64,000 nucleotides of DNA from Amoebidium appalachense (lineage: Eukaryota > Protista > Ichthyosporea), in NCBI GenBank assembly GCA_963693365.1, contig CAVNZM010000010.1:4772159-4836158 (forward strand). Direction: 5' to 3'. The translations under genes were made by a program, and so were the position numbers. The first letter of the stretch is position 1. Each line of letters opens with the position of its first letter. Below the pieces are notes generated by a model. The model worked only from the letters and a program-made list of their open reading frames with translations, had not been told where the DNA came from and did no database searches. Of the stretch, positions 27,410-44,647 are shown in pieces.

Positions 27410-27740
27410 CTACAGATTTGCATCATGGCGTTGAGGTGGGTTCGGTTGATTACTATACGATCTAAGGCGATTGCTCAGCGCACCCCTATGTACAATATAG
27501 AGACACTATCGAATTTCGGAAGGGGGAATATCGAAATTCGAAAACTTGCCCGTGAGCACTATAGATACACCTTCTACTATAGATTTGCATCATCGAGGTG
27601 GTTTCGATTGATAACTATAGAATCTAAGGCGATAGCGCACCTCTAATGTACACTATAGCCTAAGAGGCACATATCGAAATTCGGAAGGGGGAATATCGAA
27701 ATTCGGAAAAGGGAATATCGAGATTCGGAAAGGGAATACT
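27410..27740. repeat. Imperfect ~170-bp tandem duplication ending in ~22-bp repeats (GGAAGGGGGAATATCGAAATTC)
   Basis: AGATTTGCATCAT...GATCTAAGGCGAT...ATCGAA(A/T)TTCGGAAGGGGGAATATCGAAATTCG occurs at ~27414 and ~27581. The 22-mer is repeated 3-4 times at 27672-27739. Confidence 0.8.
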
Positions 27741-27749
27741 TTCTGAGAC

Positions 27750-29076
27750 TCAACCAGCACGGGCAGGGTCCATATCTCTCTGGTGGCTGCTCTGACCGTA
27801 CACAAAGGTCTCAGCAACAGCGCGGTCGTCACCAAGAGTCATGATCACAAACAGAGCCTTGAGGACACTCTTTGCCTTTGACGTGCAATTAGCGGTAAGC
27901 GGCGTTGCCTTAAGGTCGAGCACGACAAAGTCGGCCTCCTTCCCTACGCACAAGTTTCCGATTTTGTCGTCGAGTCGGATAACGTGAGCGCCACCGAGCG
28001 TTGCAAGGTACAGGGATTGCAAACAATGGAGCTTCTGCCCCTGCAGTTGCAACACCTTGTACGCCTCACGGATGGTGGTGAGCATGCTGAAGCTGGTGCC
28101 AGCGCCAACATCGGTACCCATGCTAACGTTAACGCCAAAATCTTGCATGCGTTTAAGGTCGAAAAGACCGCTACCGAGGAACAGATTTGAGGTGGGGCAG
28201 AAGGACACGGCTGAGCCGGTTTCGTGCAGACGCTTGCACTCGCAGTCGTCAAGATGAATGGAGTGGGCAAATACAGAACGCTCACCCGAAAGGCCGAAGT
28301 GGTCATAAACGTCGAGATAGTGGGTCTGCTCGGGGAAAAGCTCCTTCACCCACACAACTTCCTTCTTGTTTACCGAGAGATGCGTATGCATGTACACGCC
28401 TTTGTCCTTGTACTCCTTCATGAGTTTTCCGGCCATGGTGAGCTGTTCCGGGGTGCTTGTGGGTGCAAACCGCGGGGTGACGGCATTCAACTGACGGCCC
28501 GTACCGTGCCACCTGTCAATCAGCCCTTTGCTGTCTTCGTAGCTGGACTCGGGGGTGTCCAAAAGAAACTCGGGTGCGTTTCTGTCCATCATAACCTTAC
28601 CAGCGACCATGTGTGTGTTCCGCTTGTCGCTCTCTTCGAAAAACGCGTCGACTTCCTCCTTGTGCATGGTGCCGAAGACGAGGGCGGTGGTTGTGCCGTT
28701 GCGGAAAAGCTCGTCGAGGAAAACGTTTGCAACGCGCCGTGCGTGCTCCTTCTCTGCGAATTTATTTTCCTCGGGGAATGTGTAGTGGTTGAGCCAGTCA
28801 AGAAGCTGCTCACCGTATGAGGCCATCATTTCCGTCTGCGGGAAGTGGATGTGTGTGTCGACGAACCCAGCAGTTATGATTTTGTCCTGGTAAACTACAA
28901 CGGCAAGGTCCTCAGGCTGCCGTTCCAAAACCTCCTGCGGCGCCAATATCGACGATTTTACCGTCCTCAACTACCAAAAGACCATCTTCGAAATATTGGT
29001 ACGAGTCTTCAAGACCGACCTTGGCTGGGTCGGCCAGAGAGTGGATAATGGCGGAGCGGTAGCCGGTGCGAGACAT
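27750..29076 (-). pseudogene. guaD: Guanine deaminase, disabled duplicate
   Basis: Closely similar to 32352-33689 but has a 2-bp deletion near 28934 (GCAGGAGGTT vs GCAGAGGAGGTT) that shifts the frame after IVDIGA. The catalytic HxxE Glu is changed to Val (HLSVN, codon 28371-28373). No introns. Confidence 0.88.
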
Positions 29077-31014
29077 GGTTGTAAAGGGCTGTAAATGATA
29101 TCCATGTTTTGTTTCTGTGTTCTGTTTGGGACTTCGACTGACGATTATGCTGTTTGTAAATGCTTTGTAAATGGGTATGGGCCAAAAAGGGACTTTTAGA
29201 CTGATCGAGTGAGGTATTTTCTTGGTATCATGTAGCTCCGCCCGATTGGTCAAAGTGGGCCAATGAGTCCCAATGCAACAACCAATCAAATGTTTAGGAA
29301 TGTTTCGAAACTTGATTCCCGCCCCCTCCTCGCAATGTAAAGTTCTGTCTGGGTGTAGAGTGAATGCATGATTATTGAAAATTAATGTCTGGAGTGTTAT
29401 AAGACACAACTAAACAGGCGGGACAGACACAGGTTGATATAATACAATACAGGGGGAAGCATATCATATGAGTCATGATAAGTGCCGCACCGTTCCTACG
29501 GCGGATGGTCACCTGGGTATCCCCCAAAACTTTCTTCGCATTTATTTTCCCGGGAATCTGTGACCCCATTTTCATATGTCTGAAACTGTTAACTATCAAC
29601 TATCATTGAACTGCCCCGGGAATATTCAAATTGGAGTCTCGCTATATCATTATGTTTGATATATATTGTGATCGAATGCAGTCTCGTATGAAGTCCCGAC
29701 ACTGTAAATAATGTAATTCCTCTGTTTCACAAAACATACAGTACGACTCGCCCCACACTTATGAGTTTTGGAGACCGCCGCCAATTATAATGTAACCAAT
29801 AGGATCGCTCCGCGTTATACTGAGTCAAATAGCTTGACAACAACAAAGATAAACTGCATACTCCGATGCATACTTTCACTGTGACCGTCAATGGTCCGTC
29901 ATAGGACTTAGCAAACCCTTACTACGGATCATGACACGCTTCCCAAACATACCTTCATAACCCTTATAAAAGTGGTTATTTCTGAGCGCGTAAAAGAGGT
30001 TTATTGTATAGTATAATTTCTCGTTGTAAAAGTGTTGTACAAGTGAAAATTGTATCACATCCACCAGTCCGATTCGGCGACTCCTCGCGCCTCAAAACAA
30101 TTTGAGATGTGAAACACATTCCAATCTAGATGTCAAAATGGCCGCCACGTCTCATGTGGCCGCGCGGCCGGCGCGGGTCTGCCTTGGTAACGCCGCACTG
30201 GCAGGCCGGCGGCGCAGTATACGCGTAACAACAAGGGCAACACCGTAGTATCGACATACACTAAAAAATTGCTGTTTTTCTGTTTGTCTATACCTCCTGT
30301 TTATTATGGCAAACACTCATTACTGTCTAAGGCTTGCAGAAGCTCAGCTTTATTAGTACTCATTAGTACTACCTGGTAAGGCGGCCTGCGCGTCTGCAAA
30401 TCATACATATGGGATTTGCAATTGTGTGTGCGCAAATAGTAATATCATTGTGCATGTGACTTTCGGAGGTTTGAAGAATACTGTACTGTATGTAGATAGC
30501 CTATTTCGGCAGCGAGAGCCTCAGAGACAGCCCAGGGAGAGGGCGAGATCTAGAGATGAGGAGATATTCATAAAGAGCGTGTGCGTGTGTGTGATGTGCG
30601 GGACTGTGTGCGTGTGTGTTTACATGTGTGTGCGTGTTCGTGTGTGCGGGCTCGGCTTGTGTGTGCGTGCAAGGCTTTGTACGGTTGTTTGACCAGCACC
30701 CCTTTTCGTGCTTGAAGTTGCTCTGACCGTGATCACGCAACCTCCTCTGTACTTTGATTTAACTGGAACCTCGCCTCAAGACACTGCAAAGGCCTTTGCA
30801 GGCCTGCAACCCCGTGGGGACTTTGCTTGCGTAGTATTCTATTCAGTTTTGCTGGTGTGTGTGTGGGGGGGCTACCACCTACTGAGGCGGTGTCTCCCTT
30901 TTTTTTTTTTTTTTCTTTTTTTTCTTTTTTTTGGCAAAAAGGGACGCCTTATTATGTAGATGTATAACGTCGCACGTGCGGCAACACGTCAGTACGTGTT
31001 AGGTGTGGGTGTGT

Positions 31015-31173
<159 letters not shown>

Positions 31174-32351
31174 ACATGTGTACGTGTGTGTGCGTGAACT
31201 GGAGGAGAGGGGGAAGCAGGACTCGATCAGACAACAGAACATTGGCATTATTTATTATTTATTTTTTTTCCTCAGGCGAATTCCAGTTATTGATGAAATA
31301 AGCAAGACTATGCGAGTTTACAGTAATGCTTCAATGATTAGCGCGGTTTCTGTCCGTGCTCGTTTGTCCACTTGACTACGTATGTTTGTCCAAGTATGTG
31401 AACATCATCTATACTTATACCTACATTGCATATGCATTATGGCTTTGAGTATGTAGTAGTTGTTATGCTGGTGAACCAATGCGTGCTTGTCACCAATATG
31501 CATGTTGCTTTTCCCATTCATCCCCCCATCTCCCGGGCCGGGCGGACAAACACACATACACAGCTAACAGACTGGCAGAGCTAGCTGCACAAAAAAAACG
31601 TGCTGGCTTATATTAAAACACACACATGTACACTGCATGCGGATTTACCTTCAATTTGATCGAGAGCCTGCCCCGAACGTTGCGGCAGCAGAAGCCTTTG
31701 CACACTCACTCGTGTCGTATTACCCACATATTATGCCCACTAAGCACTGTTACCTAACTCAATCGTTCAACAAAGTTTACCTGTGCACCCACCCCTACAT
31801 GCTCACTAACCTACCAAACACCGAAAGTTATGAAACTGTTTTACTGTTTGCACAGGGAGACATAGCCAAGGGGACTGTCATAGCCAAATTGTTCACACTT
31901 GCAAATTGGCCAGAAAACTTTGCCATGAATTTATCTATATATTTAACCAGCCAATTCAGTGCCTGACCCTTATCATGATCAGAGTCGCATGAAAAGGAGA
32001 GCCTATAAAGAGCAGTGAAGGGCTTGAATGGGTGTGAAAGAAGGTGGGAAACGTGGGAAACGTGAAGACTGAGGTTCTCAGGCGTACAACAAGAACTGAA
32101 GAATTTTATTCATGTAATTTATTACATAGATCTAGATGAGCGGTACTTGACTCAATGATTAGAAGAGGTCAACTTCATATTAGCTAAAATGGGCATCACT
32201 GATATATCAGAGTGGGTCCAGCCCACGTCTACATTAGCAGATTAGTGCTATGTTCAAATAAGTGGTTCTGATTAATGTAATCGGATTCAAGGTCTTTTTC
32301 TCCGCACAGCCGCCTACTGGAGACGCATTAAAATTTCCATACAACCCAGGC

Positions 32352-33689
32352 TTAAGCAGCAGGGGCGGGGAGCACATCTCTCTGGTGGCTGCTCTGACCG
32401 TACACAAAGGTCTCAGCAACAGCGCGGTCGTCACCAAGAGTCATGAGCACAAACAGAGCCTCAAGCACATTCTTGGTGTTTGACGTGCAGCTAGCGATAA
32501 GCGGCGTTGCCTTAAGGTCAAGCACAACAAAATCGGCCTCCTTCCCTACGCACAAGTTTCCGATTTTGTCGTCGAGTCGGAGAGCGTGAGCGCCACCGAG
32601 TGTAGCAAGATAGAGGGATTGCAAACAGTGGAGTTTCTGCCCCTGCAGTTGCAACACCTTGTACGCCTCACGGATGGTGGTGAGCATGCTGAAGCTGGTG
32701 CCGGCACCAACATCGGTACCCATGCTCACGTTAACGCCAAAATCTTGCATGCGTTTAAGGTCGAAAAGGCCGCTGCCGAGGAAAAGATTTGACGTTGCGC
32801 AAAAGGACACGGCTGAACCGGTTTCATGCAGGCGCTTGCACTCGCAGTCGTCAAGATGAATGCAGTGGGCAAATACCGAACGCTCACCCAAAAGGCCGAA
32901 GTGGTCGTACACGTCGAGATAACCGCACTGTTCAGGGAAAAGTTCCTTCACCCATGCGATTTCCTTCTTGTTTTCAGAGAGATGTGTCTGCATGTACACA
33001 CCCTTGTCCTTGTATTCCTTCATGAGTTTTCCGGCCATAGTGAGCTGTTCCGGGGTGCTTGTGGGTGCAAACCGCGGGGTGACGGCGTACAACTGACGGC
33101 CCGTACCGTGCCACTTTTCAATCAGCTCTTTGCTGTCTTCGTAGCTGGACTCGGGGGTGTCCAAAAGAAACTCGGGAGCGTTTCTGTCCATCATAACCTT
33201 ACCGGCGACCATGCGTATGTTCCGCTTGTTGCTCTCCTCAAAAAAAGCGTCGACTGCCTCCTTATGCACGGTGCCGAACACAAGGGCGGTGGTTGTGCCG
33301 TTGCGCAAAAGCTCGTCAAGGAAAACGTTTGAGACGCGACGTGCGTGCTCCTTCTCTGCGAATTTGTTTTCCTCTGGAAATGTGTAGTTGTTGAGCCAGT
33401 CAAGAAGCTGCTCACCGTATGACGCCATCATCTCCGTCTGCGGGAAGTGTATGTGTGTGTCGACGAACCCAGCAGTGATGATTTTGTCCTTGTAAACTAC
33501 AACGGCAAGGCCGGCTAGGTCCTCGGGCTGCCGTTCCAAAACCTCCTCTGCGGTGCCAATGTCGACGATTTTACCGTCTTCAACTACCAAAAGACCATCT
33601 TCGAAATATTGGTACGAGTCTTCAAGACCAACCTTGGCTGGGTCGGCCAGACAGTGGATAATGGCGGAGCGGTAGCCGGTGCGAGACAT
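32352..33689 (-). CDS. guaD: Guanine deaminase (amidohydrolase superfamily), intronless, proteobacterial type, 445 aa from MSRTGY
   Basis: Intact motifs GFVDTHIHFPQ, YGEQLLDWL, RNGTTTA, VTPRFAPTS, QTHLSEN, FAHCIHL, TSNLFLGSGLF, GTDVGAGTS, LGDDRAV. Start chosen at the ATG shared with the duplicate. Confidence 0.95.
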   Translation of the reverse strand: MSRTGYRSAIIHCLADPAKVGLEDSYQYFEDGLLVVEDGKIVDIGTAEEVLERQPEDLAGLAVVVYKDKIITAGFVDTHIHFPQTEMMASYGEQLLDWLNNYTFPEENKFAEKEHARRVSNVFLDELLRNGTTTALVFGTVHKEAVDAFFEESNKRNIRMVAGKVMMDRNAPEFLLDTPESSYEDSKELIEKWHGTGRQLYAVTPRFAPTSTPEQLTMAGKLMKEYKDKGVYMQTHLSENKKEIAWVKELFPEQCGYLDVYDHFGLLGERSVFAHCIHLDDCECKRLHETGSAVSFCATSNLFLGSGLFDLKRMQDFGVNVSMGTDVGAGTSFSMLTTIREAYKVLQLQGQKLHCLQSLYLATLGGAHALRLDDKIGNLCVGKEADFVVLDLKATPLIASCTSNTKNVLEALFVLMTLGDDRAVAETFVYGQSSHQRDVLPAPAA

Positions 33690-33799
33690 GGTTGTACAAA
33701 GGCGTGTGTGTCTGTGTTGCTTGTGTGTTTGGTTGTTGTTCTCAGTGGGTTTCATTTGACGATCCGATGCAATATATATAGCCGAGCTTACCCATGAGT

Positions 33800-34530
33800 G
33801 TGTGATTTGATTGGTTGAATGCCAAATTCTTTGCTAATTGGTGGATATGTTTAGCCTTCCAAATGGCGACAGAAGAGTTGGCAAAATATTCCTGTTGTCC
33901 AAACTTTCAGACTACATTGCACAGGATGAAAACCCGCTGCAAATAATCCAATTACACTGATAAATAATTCAAATAGTCCTTTTTATTACTAACGACGTAT
34001 CTGTATTTAACAATTTCATATGGAGACTTTCTTGAAAACTTTACCCGATGGGCTTGAACACAACCCCAACGTATCAGCGATCTGATTGGTGCATCTTTCC
34101 ACGACCCCCCTCAGTGATCCAGACCGCAGACTGTGCGCACCGCCAGCAATGAGGTAAAAATGACTCATGCTTTTTTTCGCTTTTCTCAGCAAAAATATGA
34201 TTTGCGTGAAGTAAACTTTTAAAAAGATAACATACAGTACGAACCAAATCGGTAAGGATTATTATGCTCCTAATAATGGCATGGTGCTTGTTGAACGATT
34301 GGATTGTCCAAGAAGGCTTGATGGCCGGGGTTACAAAAGGATATTTGCACCAATCATAACTCACAATCTTTTGTATGTTCTTTTTGTTTATCTAGAATGC
34401 ACGAGCGCATTCTTTCAAGATTTAATGACCAATCATATTCTTACTTTGTCTTTTTCAGAAACCTTCCGATTGTGGTATTCATGATTGGCTGTTGAGATCT
34501 GGTGATTCAGATTTGTGATTGGTGTTTCGC
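33800..34530. promoter_or_regulatory. CCAAT-box (NF-Y-like) cluster in the guaD / Popeye-like divergent spacer
   Basis: Nine CCAAT/ATTGG pentamers (~33810, 33837, 33948, 34085, 34298, 34350, 34429, 34484, 34518) in ~720 bp; four more upstream of the pseudogene copy (~29245-29287). Confidence 0.55.
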
Positions 34531-35037
34531 AATGAGCCATTTTTCTTTCAAAACCTCTCGTTTAGGCGACGGGTCTTTTCATGAAATATTTGTGTTTTCT
34601 AATTTCACATTTTCCAAAACACCTGTTAGGCCAGTAATAGGGCACAAAAACTCTTCCACATATACTGACTCACTGTTATTAAAGGGTTTTTTTTTAATAT
34701 GTTTATGTAAATATGTAATGATCTCGACCCAAGTATATCATTTCATTTATGCTCACCTTGATCCCGGAATAGGGTACATAAGTTGTACTAAGTTCACCCA
34801 TGTTCACCCACATCTTTGCTTATCAGTTGTAGAGGGTGTAGGGAGAACAATCGCTCAGATATATATAGTCGCCTGCAGGTGCTTGGCCTTTCAGCATTCA
34901 AGCAAGTCAGAGTGTTGTTGATTGTTAGTGACCCACATTCACAACTTCATTCTTCGTCCTGTAGCTTGGGTTGAAATCCAGTGCTAACACTGATATATTT
35001 TATTTCTCTGGTGCGAAATCGATTAGCGTGCACAAAA

Positions 35038-36150
35038 ATGTCTGGGTGGGTAATAATGAGCCCTCTGGGACCCTGGTTCCACATTTTCAACTTCTTCTTC
35101 TTTCTCTCCGCCATCTTTGAACATGACGTTCTCCTTATCCGCCTGTCTCTTGTTACCGCCTTCACCTTCATTATTATGAACTGCGTATCCGGGCTTTGCA
35201 GCTGGGAGGAGGGGTTTTGGCCCTCTTCCCCACGCATAAGCCTCGACGCCTTGTTCTGGGGTGTCATTCTCTTTTGCATGCACACACGCGCACTTATCCT
35301 CATGCTTTTGGACCAGAAAAAAGTCAGTTACAAAAGCGAAAACGAAGAAGCGGTCGCCCGCTACCTCTACCGTACTGCCGGAATGAAGGAGTGGGAGGCG
35401 AAATCATCTCTCTCCAAGGGTCATTTTGTCCGTTACGCCGCTGGTGACGAAATCCCTTCAGACAACCAGACGCTCTATCTTCTCATTGACGGAAAAGCAA
35501 CGTTCCGCACCAGCGCCAACAACAAAGGCGACGAACGAGGAGAGCTTCTCAGCGGGGACCTCGTCAACCTGTCTCTTCTCAATATCACCGGTGCGTCGGT
35601 TGGGCTCTTCGATCTTGGGTTCCAGGCTACGTGCAAAACTGACTGTCTCCTTTTCGCCTGGTCGCTCGAATCTCTCCACGGACTCACGAACGGGTCGAAC
35701 CCCGCCCTGTGCAACGGATGGAGAAACCTTGGTTATTACGTTATCGCACATGCATACAGTAGACTTTTGCACAAGGGTATGCCCAACCAGCCCAACAACG
35801 ATTATCGCGGTATACCGGAAAACAGTACCTGGTTGGAGGGTGCACGCTCGCGCGACTTTGACGTGTTTTCCGACTCCAACCTGCCCAAGAAAAAGAGCGT
35901 AATTGTGGACACTTTCCGGTGGGTGTTTGGCTCCATGTCATGTACACCAATCAAGGGGTTGAGACATATGGGCCCCATTCCTTCCGGTGTATCCGCACAG
36001 ATGCGTCTCATTAAAACCGCTGATATGGGAAGCCCGGAGCTTATTGGCATTAAGGTGATGAATGGTGATAAGGATGAGGATAAGGGAGCGAATAAATCGA
36101 AGTTTGTGAGTGCATTGGATGACTCGCAGACCTCAGACACCATGATATAG
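35038..36150 (+). CDS. Popeye-domain (POPDC/BVES)-like membrane protein: ~3 N-terminal TM helices + cyclic-nucleotide-binding-like domain; intronless, 370 aa
   Basis: WFHIFNFFFFLSAI..DVLLIRLSL..DALFWGVILFCMH resembles the POPDC TM pattern. It is followed by GHFVRYAAGDEI..LYLLIDGKA..ELLSGD..FQATCKTDCLLFAWS, a cNMP-binding jelly-roll pattern. First ATG at 35038. Confidence 0.72.
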   Translation: MSGWVIMSPLGPWFHIFNFFFFLSAIFEHDVLLIRLSLVTAFTFIIMNCVSGLCSWEEGFWPSSPRISLDALFWGVILFCMHTRALILMLLDQKKVSYKSENEEAVARYLYRTAGMKEWEAKSSLSKGHFVRYAAGDEIPSDNQTLYLLIDGKATFRTSANNKGDERGELLSGDLVNLSLLNITGASVGLFDLGFQATCKTDCLLFAWSLESLHGLTNGSNPALCNGWRNLGYYVIAHAYSRLLHKGMPNQPNNDYRGIPENSTWLEGARSRDFDVFSDSNLPKKKSVIVDTFRWVFGSMSCTPIKGLRHMGPIPSGVSAQMRLIKTADMGSPELIGIKVMNGDKDEDKGANKSKFVSALDDSQTSDTMI

Positions 36151-36727
36151 CAGTATTAGTATGTAATGTTCTGTTATGTTAATGTGAAAGAAACATTCTA
36201 AATAAAATGAGTTGAAGCACCCTCGATTTATAAGGTGTTGTATATTCTGATAAAATTAATTAGACTTGAAATATACGGTGTTATTTATTCAAGTCTTTTA
36301 TAACTGAAACGGTTTACGTTAATAAGATGTTTACACTGTACCCTTTTTTAGGGAATCTACTTTTAACTGTCCTTTTTATTAACTTCTGATTCTTGTTACA
36401 CTGATCCCGTGGCTAGCCCAGTACTGGTTAGGTTAGTAGACTACTGAAGTGTAAAATTAAAATAAACTCTCGAATGTCAATGGCTCGCTTTCACGATATC
36501 TTGATAATGGCGCGTGATGCGGTGTGTGTGCGCTCATGGTTGTGTGGTTTTTGTGTTGTGTGTATGTGCCGTGCCTCTTTCTGGGTGTATATACCCGCTG
36601 CATACATGTGTACGAACCAATGTGCAGTTTGTGGTGGTGGCAACACATTTGTATCACGAGTTAACACATACACGTACGTAGTGTCATAATGCGGCCGGAG
36701 CCAACGGGTTGCGGTGTGTGCACGCGC

Positions 36728-36774
<47 letters not shown>

Positions 36775-37329
36775 GGGGGGGGGAGGCCGGGGAAGCAGAG
36801 GAAGGGGGGGAGGGGGAGGGGGGGCAAGGGGGGGGGGGGGGGGATGTGGTATACAGTACCATCATGATCATATCGTTGCAGATTTTTTATAAACCTCGAG
36901 TAAACTTTAAGTTAATTAGGGGAAGGGGCCGGGGGGGGGGGGGGGGGGGGGGGTAAAATAATGAAACGCAAATAAATATCCACATAAGTGCACATTCGCA
37001 ATAATGGAATGCCTCGGGGGGAAGGGAGGGAAGGGAATTTGCGGGGCGGGTTCCGGCGAACCTGATCAACTCACCGATTTATGTCACGTCGAACTTAATG
37101 TGCCATGCATATAACAACTGTTCGGCTGCAAGGGCAGCACCTAATATCGCAAAGACAAATAGACACGTCATGATCGCACATTACCTTTGCATTTAATTTA
37201 GGCCCATTCTTTGCAAGCGGCCTCGTGATTCCACGGTGGTGGTGGTGGGGGGGGGGGTGGGGGGAGGGGGGGGGGGGGGGGGGGGGGGGGGCTGTTTATA
37301 TGTATGCATGGTGCATGCTATCTTCGCCC

Positions 37330-37514
<185 letters not shown>

Positions 37515-37944
37515 GTGTGTGTGTAGTGTTGTCGGTGTAAGAGAGCATACATCAACCATATACAGTACGACATCGTCCACGTGCTATGCAAAGGATGACA
37601 CAACGATTCTCTTAGTGCCAGCCATGGGATATCAATAGACTGCCTCTTATGTCAACAATACTCTGTTTTCGTAAATTCAAAAACAACACAAAAAAAACAA
37701 ACACATACACACACTGAATACAGGTAGCCTATTACCCGTTGCACATAATGCACATCTTTGCACGTTTTCAATCACACAGGTGCACAATCGAAGCATATGT
37801 GCATGGCCAGGATTTAACGAATGTCGGCCACTGGTCCGCAAGCACACAGACAAGTGCATATTGCCATGGCACACATACCAGCAGCGCGGGCGAGCGTGCG
37901 TGTGTGTGTGCGCGGGTGGCACACACACACACACACACACGCAC

Positions 37945-38034
<90 letters not shown>

Positions 38035-38048
38035 ACACACACCCTTGC

Positions 38049-38090
<42 letters not shown>

Positions 38091-39483
38091 GTGGCTCACA
38101 CACACACACACACGCGCTTCCACACTCCCCCCCACATGCACGCACGCACACACAAGCTCACAGCACAAAGTGTGCTCCGTAAGCACACACACACACAGTC
38201 CACACACACACACACGCACACACACAGGCACATATGTATACACGCACAAATATTTTCGGAGTTTCTGGGGGGCAAAAGAAAAAGACGAACCGAGGGGGAA
38301 AACAACCCTTAAACCACGGAACCCACAAAACATCCGCCCAAAAAACATCAGCTAATAGCAATGCACCTCTACTCTTCCTTTCGACCACCGCAAAAACAAG
38401 AAGCAAAGAACATGAACGAAAGCAAACAGCCAGGAACCTTCACACGGAGCAATAAACAACATCGACAGGCAAACTCGGAATCAGTACTGCGATGCAGCTA
38501 CATAGGAGTTTGGTAATTCGCAGGGGGGCAGGGGGGCGGGGGAGGGAGGAGGGGGAGGGGGGGATCAGGAGGGAGGGCTGTTCTCTTTGATAAATTTCCC
38601 TTTGTGATGACTTATCCCTAGACTAAGAATCTAAAACCTGGCTGCTCGTACGCGTCGAAAATGCCACTTTGAGTGATGGTATTTGTCCAGAACACTTTCA
38701 CTCTGAAGATACCTTAGGCATAATATCATCCCCCTCCCCCCCCCCTCCCCCCTCCCCCCTCCCCCTGCCCCTTCCCCCCCCCCCCCCCCCCCCCCTTCCC
38801 CCCGGAAAGTTTCAAACACCTGCCTCCCCCCTCCTCCCCCCTCCCCCCCATTGTCTTACAACTCTCCAACTCTCCATTTTTCCTCCTTTCAAAACTCCCC
38901 CTCCCCCCCCCCCCCCCCCCCGCCCGCCCTCCCTCCCCTGCCCCCTCCCTCCCTCCCCCCCCCCCCCCCCCCACCCCCCGCCCGCAAAAAAGTCTACACT
39001 GCGTGCGCTCTAATGCAAAATCTGCCATGTGTCGTCCGTTGCATATGTGTACTTTGTACTTGGTGACGTAAATCTCAACCCCCCCACCCCCCCCCCCCCG
39101 GCCCTCCCCCTCCTTTCCTGCCCTTGAAGCATCTGAGTTGCATCAGGAGATGGGGAGCACCCCCCCCCCCCCCCCCCCCCCCCCGGTGGAAAAATTAATA
39201 AATCAAATGACGGATGTCCCTCGTTCTGTATGTCTTTCTTACTCCTTTATTCCCCCCCTGTGCCCCTCCTCTCCCCCCCCCCCCCCCCCCCCCTACACTC
39301 ACACACCACCACCACCTTCTTTACAGCCCCTCTCCTATTGTTGATGTACGTTGTATTTTGTGTGTCTCTTTTTCTGCTTATATGCATTGCGTTACAGTGT
39401 TATGAATGTGTATACAAAATACAACATACATCAACATTTTCTGTCACCAACAACACACAGGCGTCAGTTGGTGTATGTGAATG

Positions 39484-39561
<78 letters not shown>

Positions 39562-39683
39562 CGCGTGTACGTGTGTGTGCCTGTGTTTATGTTTGTATGT
39601 ATTTTGTCGAATGGAAGCCGGCCAGTCAGTACACAATTGAAAGTCCTACTTTTGCTCTAACCTGTACGAAACACGGAGGAGGT

Positions 39684-39716
<33 letters not shown>

Positions 39717-40225
39717 GAGAGAGGGGGGGATCTGGTTTGAAGTCCATTGCTTTGGGAATGTTGTATTTATAAGCACACTATAACTTAGTTGACATTAGTG
39801 TACCATAACAACGGTCCGGCAGGCAAGTGTAAAACCCAAAATAGTGTGCAAAACGAACACACAAATGTGTACGCAACGATACGACTAGGCAGATCTATCT
39901 CACTCCTCCTGAGGGCTAGCTTGAGTCTGAGCTTTCCACACATTCGACTGCTTTTGTTATCCTTTTTGATAACACTACCACCGCCCTTTTCCATTTCTGG
40001 TTATACTAATTTTTACTGTTTCTCTCTGGAGAATACTCTGTTTTCATGTGTGGAAAATAATTTTTTAGACATATTGAAAACTGGGTCTCCAAGCACAACA
40101 TGCACAAATGCAAGAATCCTGGCATCCACACTCCTACAGATCAGTAAGGCTTTAAAGAACGACACATGTTTTTACGTTGTTCTTACAAACACCTACCTCT
40201 ATACATTCAAAAAAAACGTTCTAGG

Positions 40226-44647
<4,422 letters not shown>

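Noticed and set aside
27672-27739. 22-bp repeats considered as a CRISPR-like array
   Set aside because: Repeats are directly adjacent with no unique spacers, no cas genes nearby, and the context is eukaryotic.
27750-28970. 406-aa ORF as a functional guanine deaminase with an alternative start or programmed frameshift
   Set aside because: It starts at a non-ATG codon in the wrong frame relative to the true N-terminus, shows no slippery site, and has lost the catalytic Glu.
33690-33755. 22-aa N-terminal extension of intact guaD (MKPTENN...)
   Set aside because: Not preserved at the equivalent position in the duplicate and low complexity; MSRTGY aligns with the expected family start. Cannot be fully excluded.
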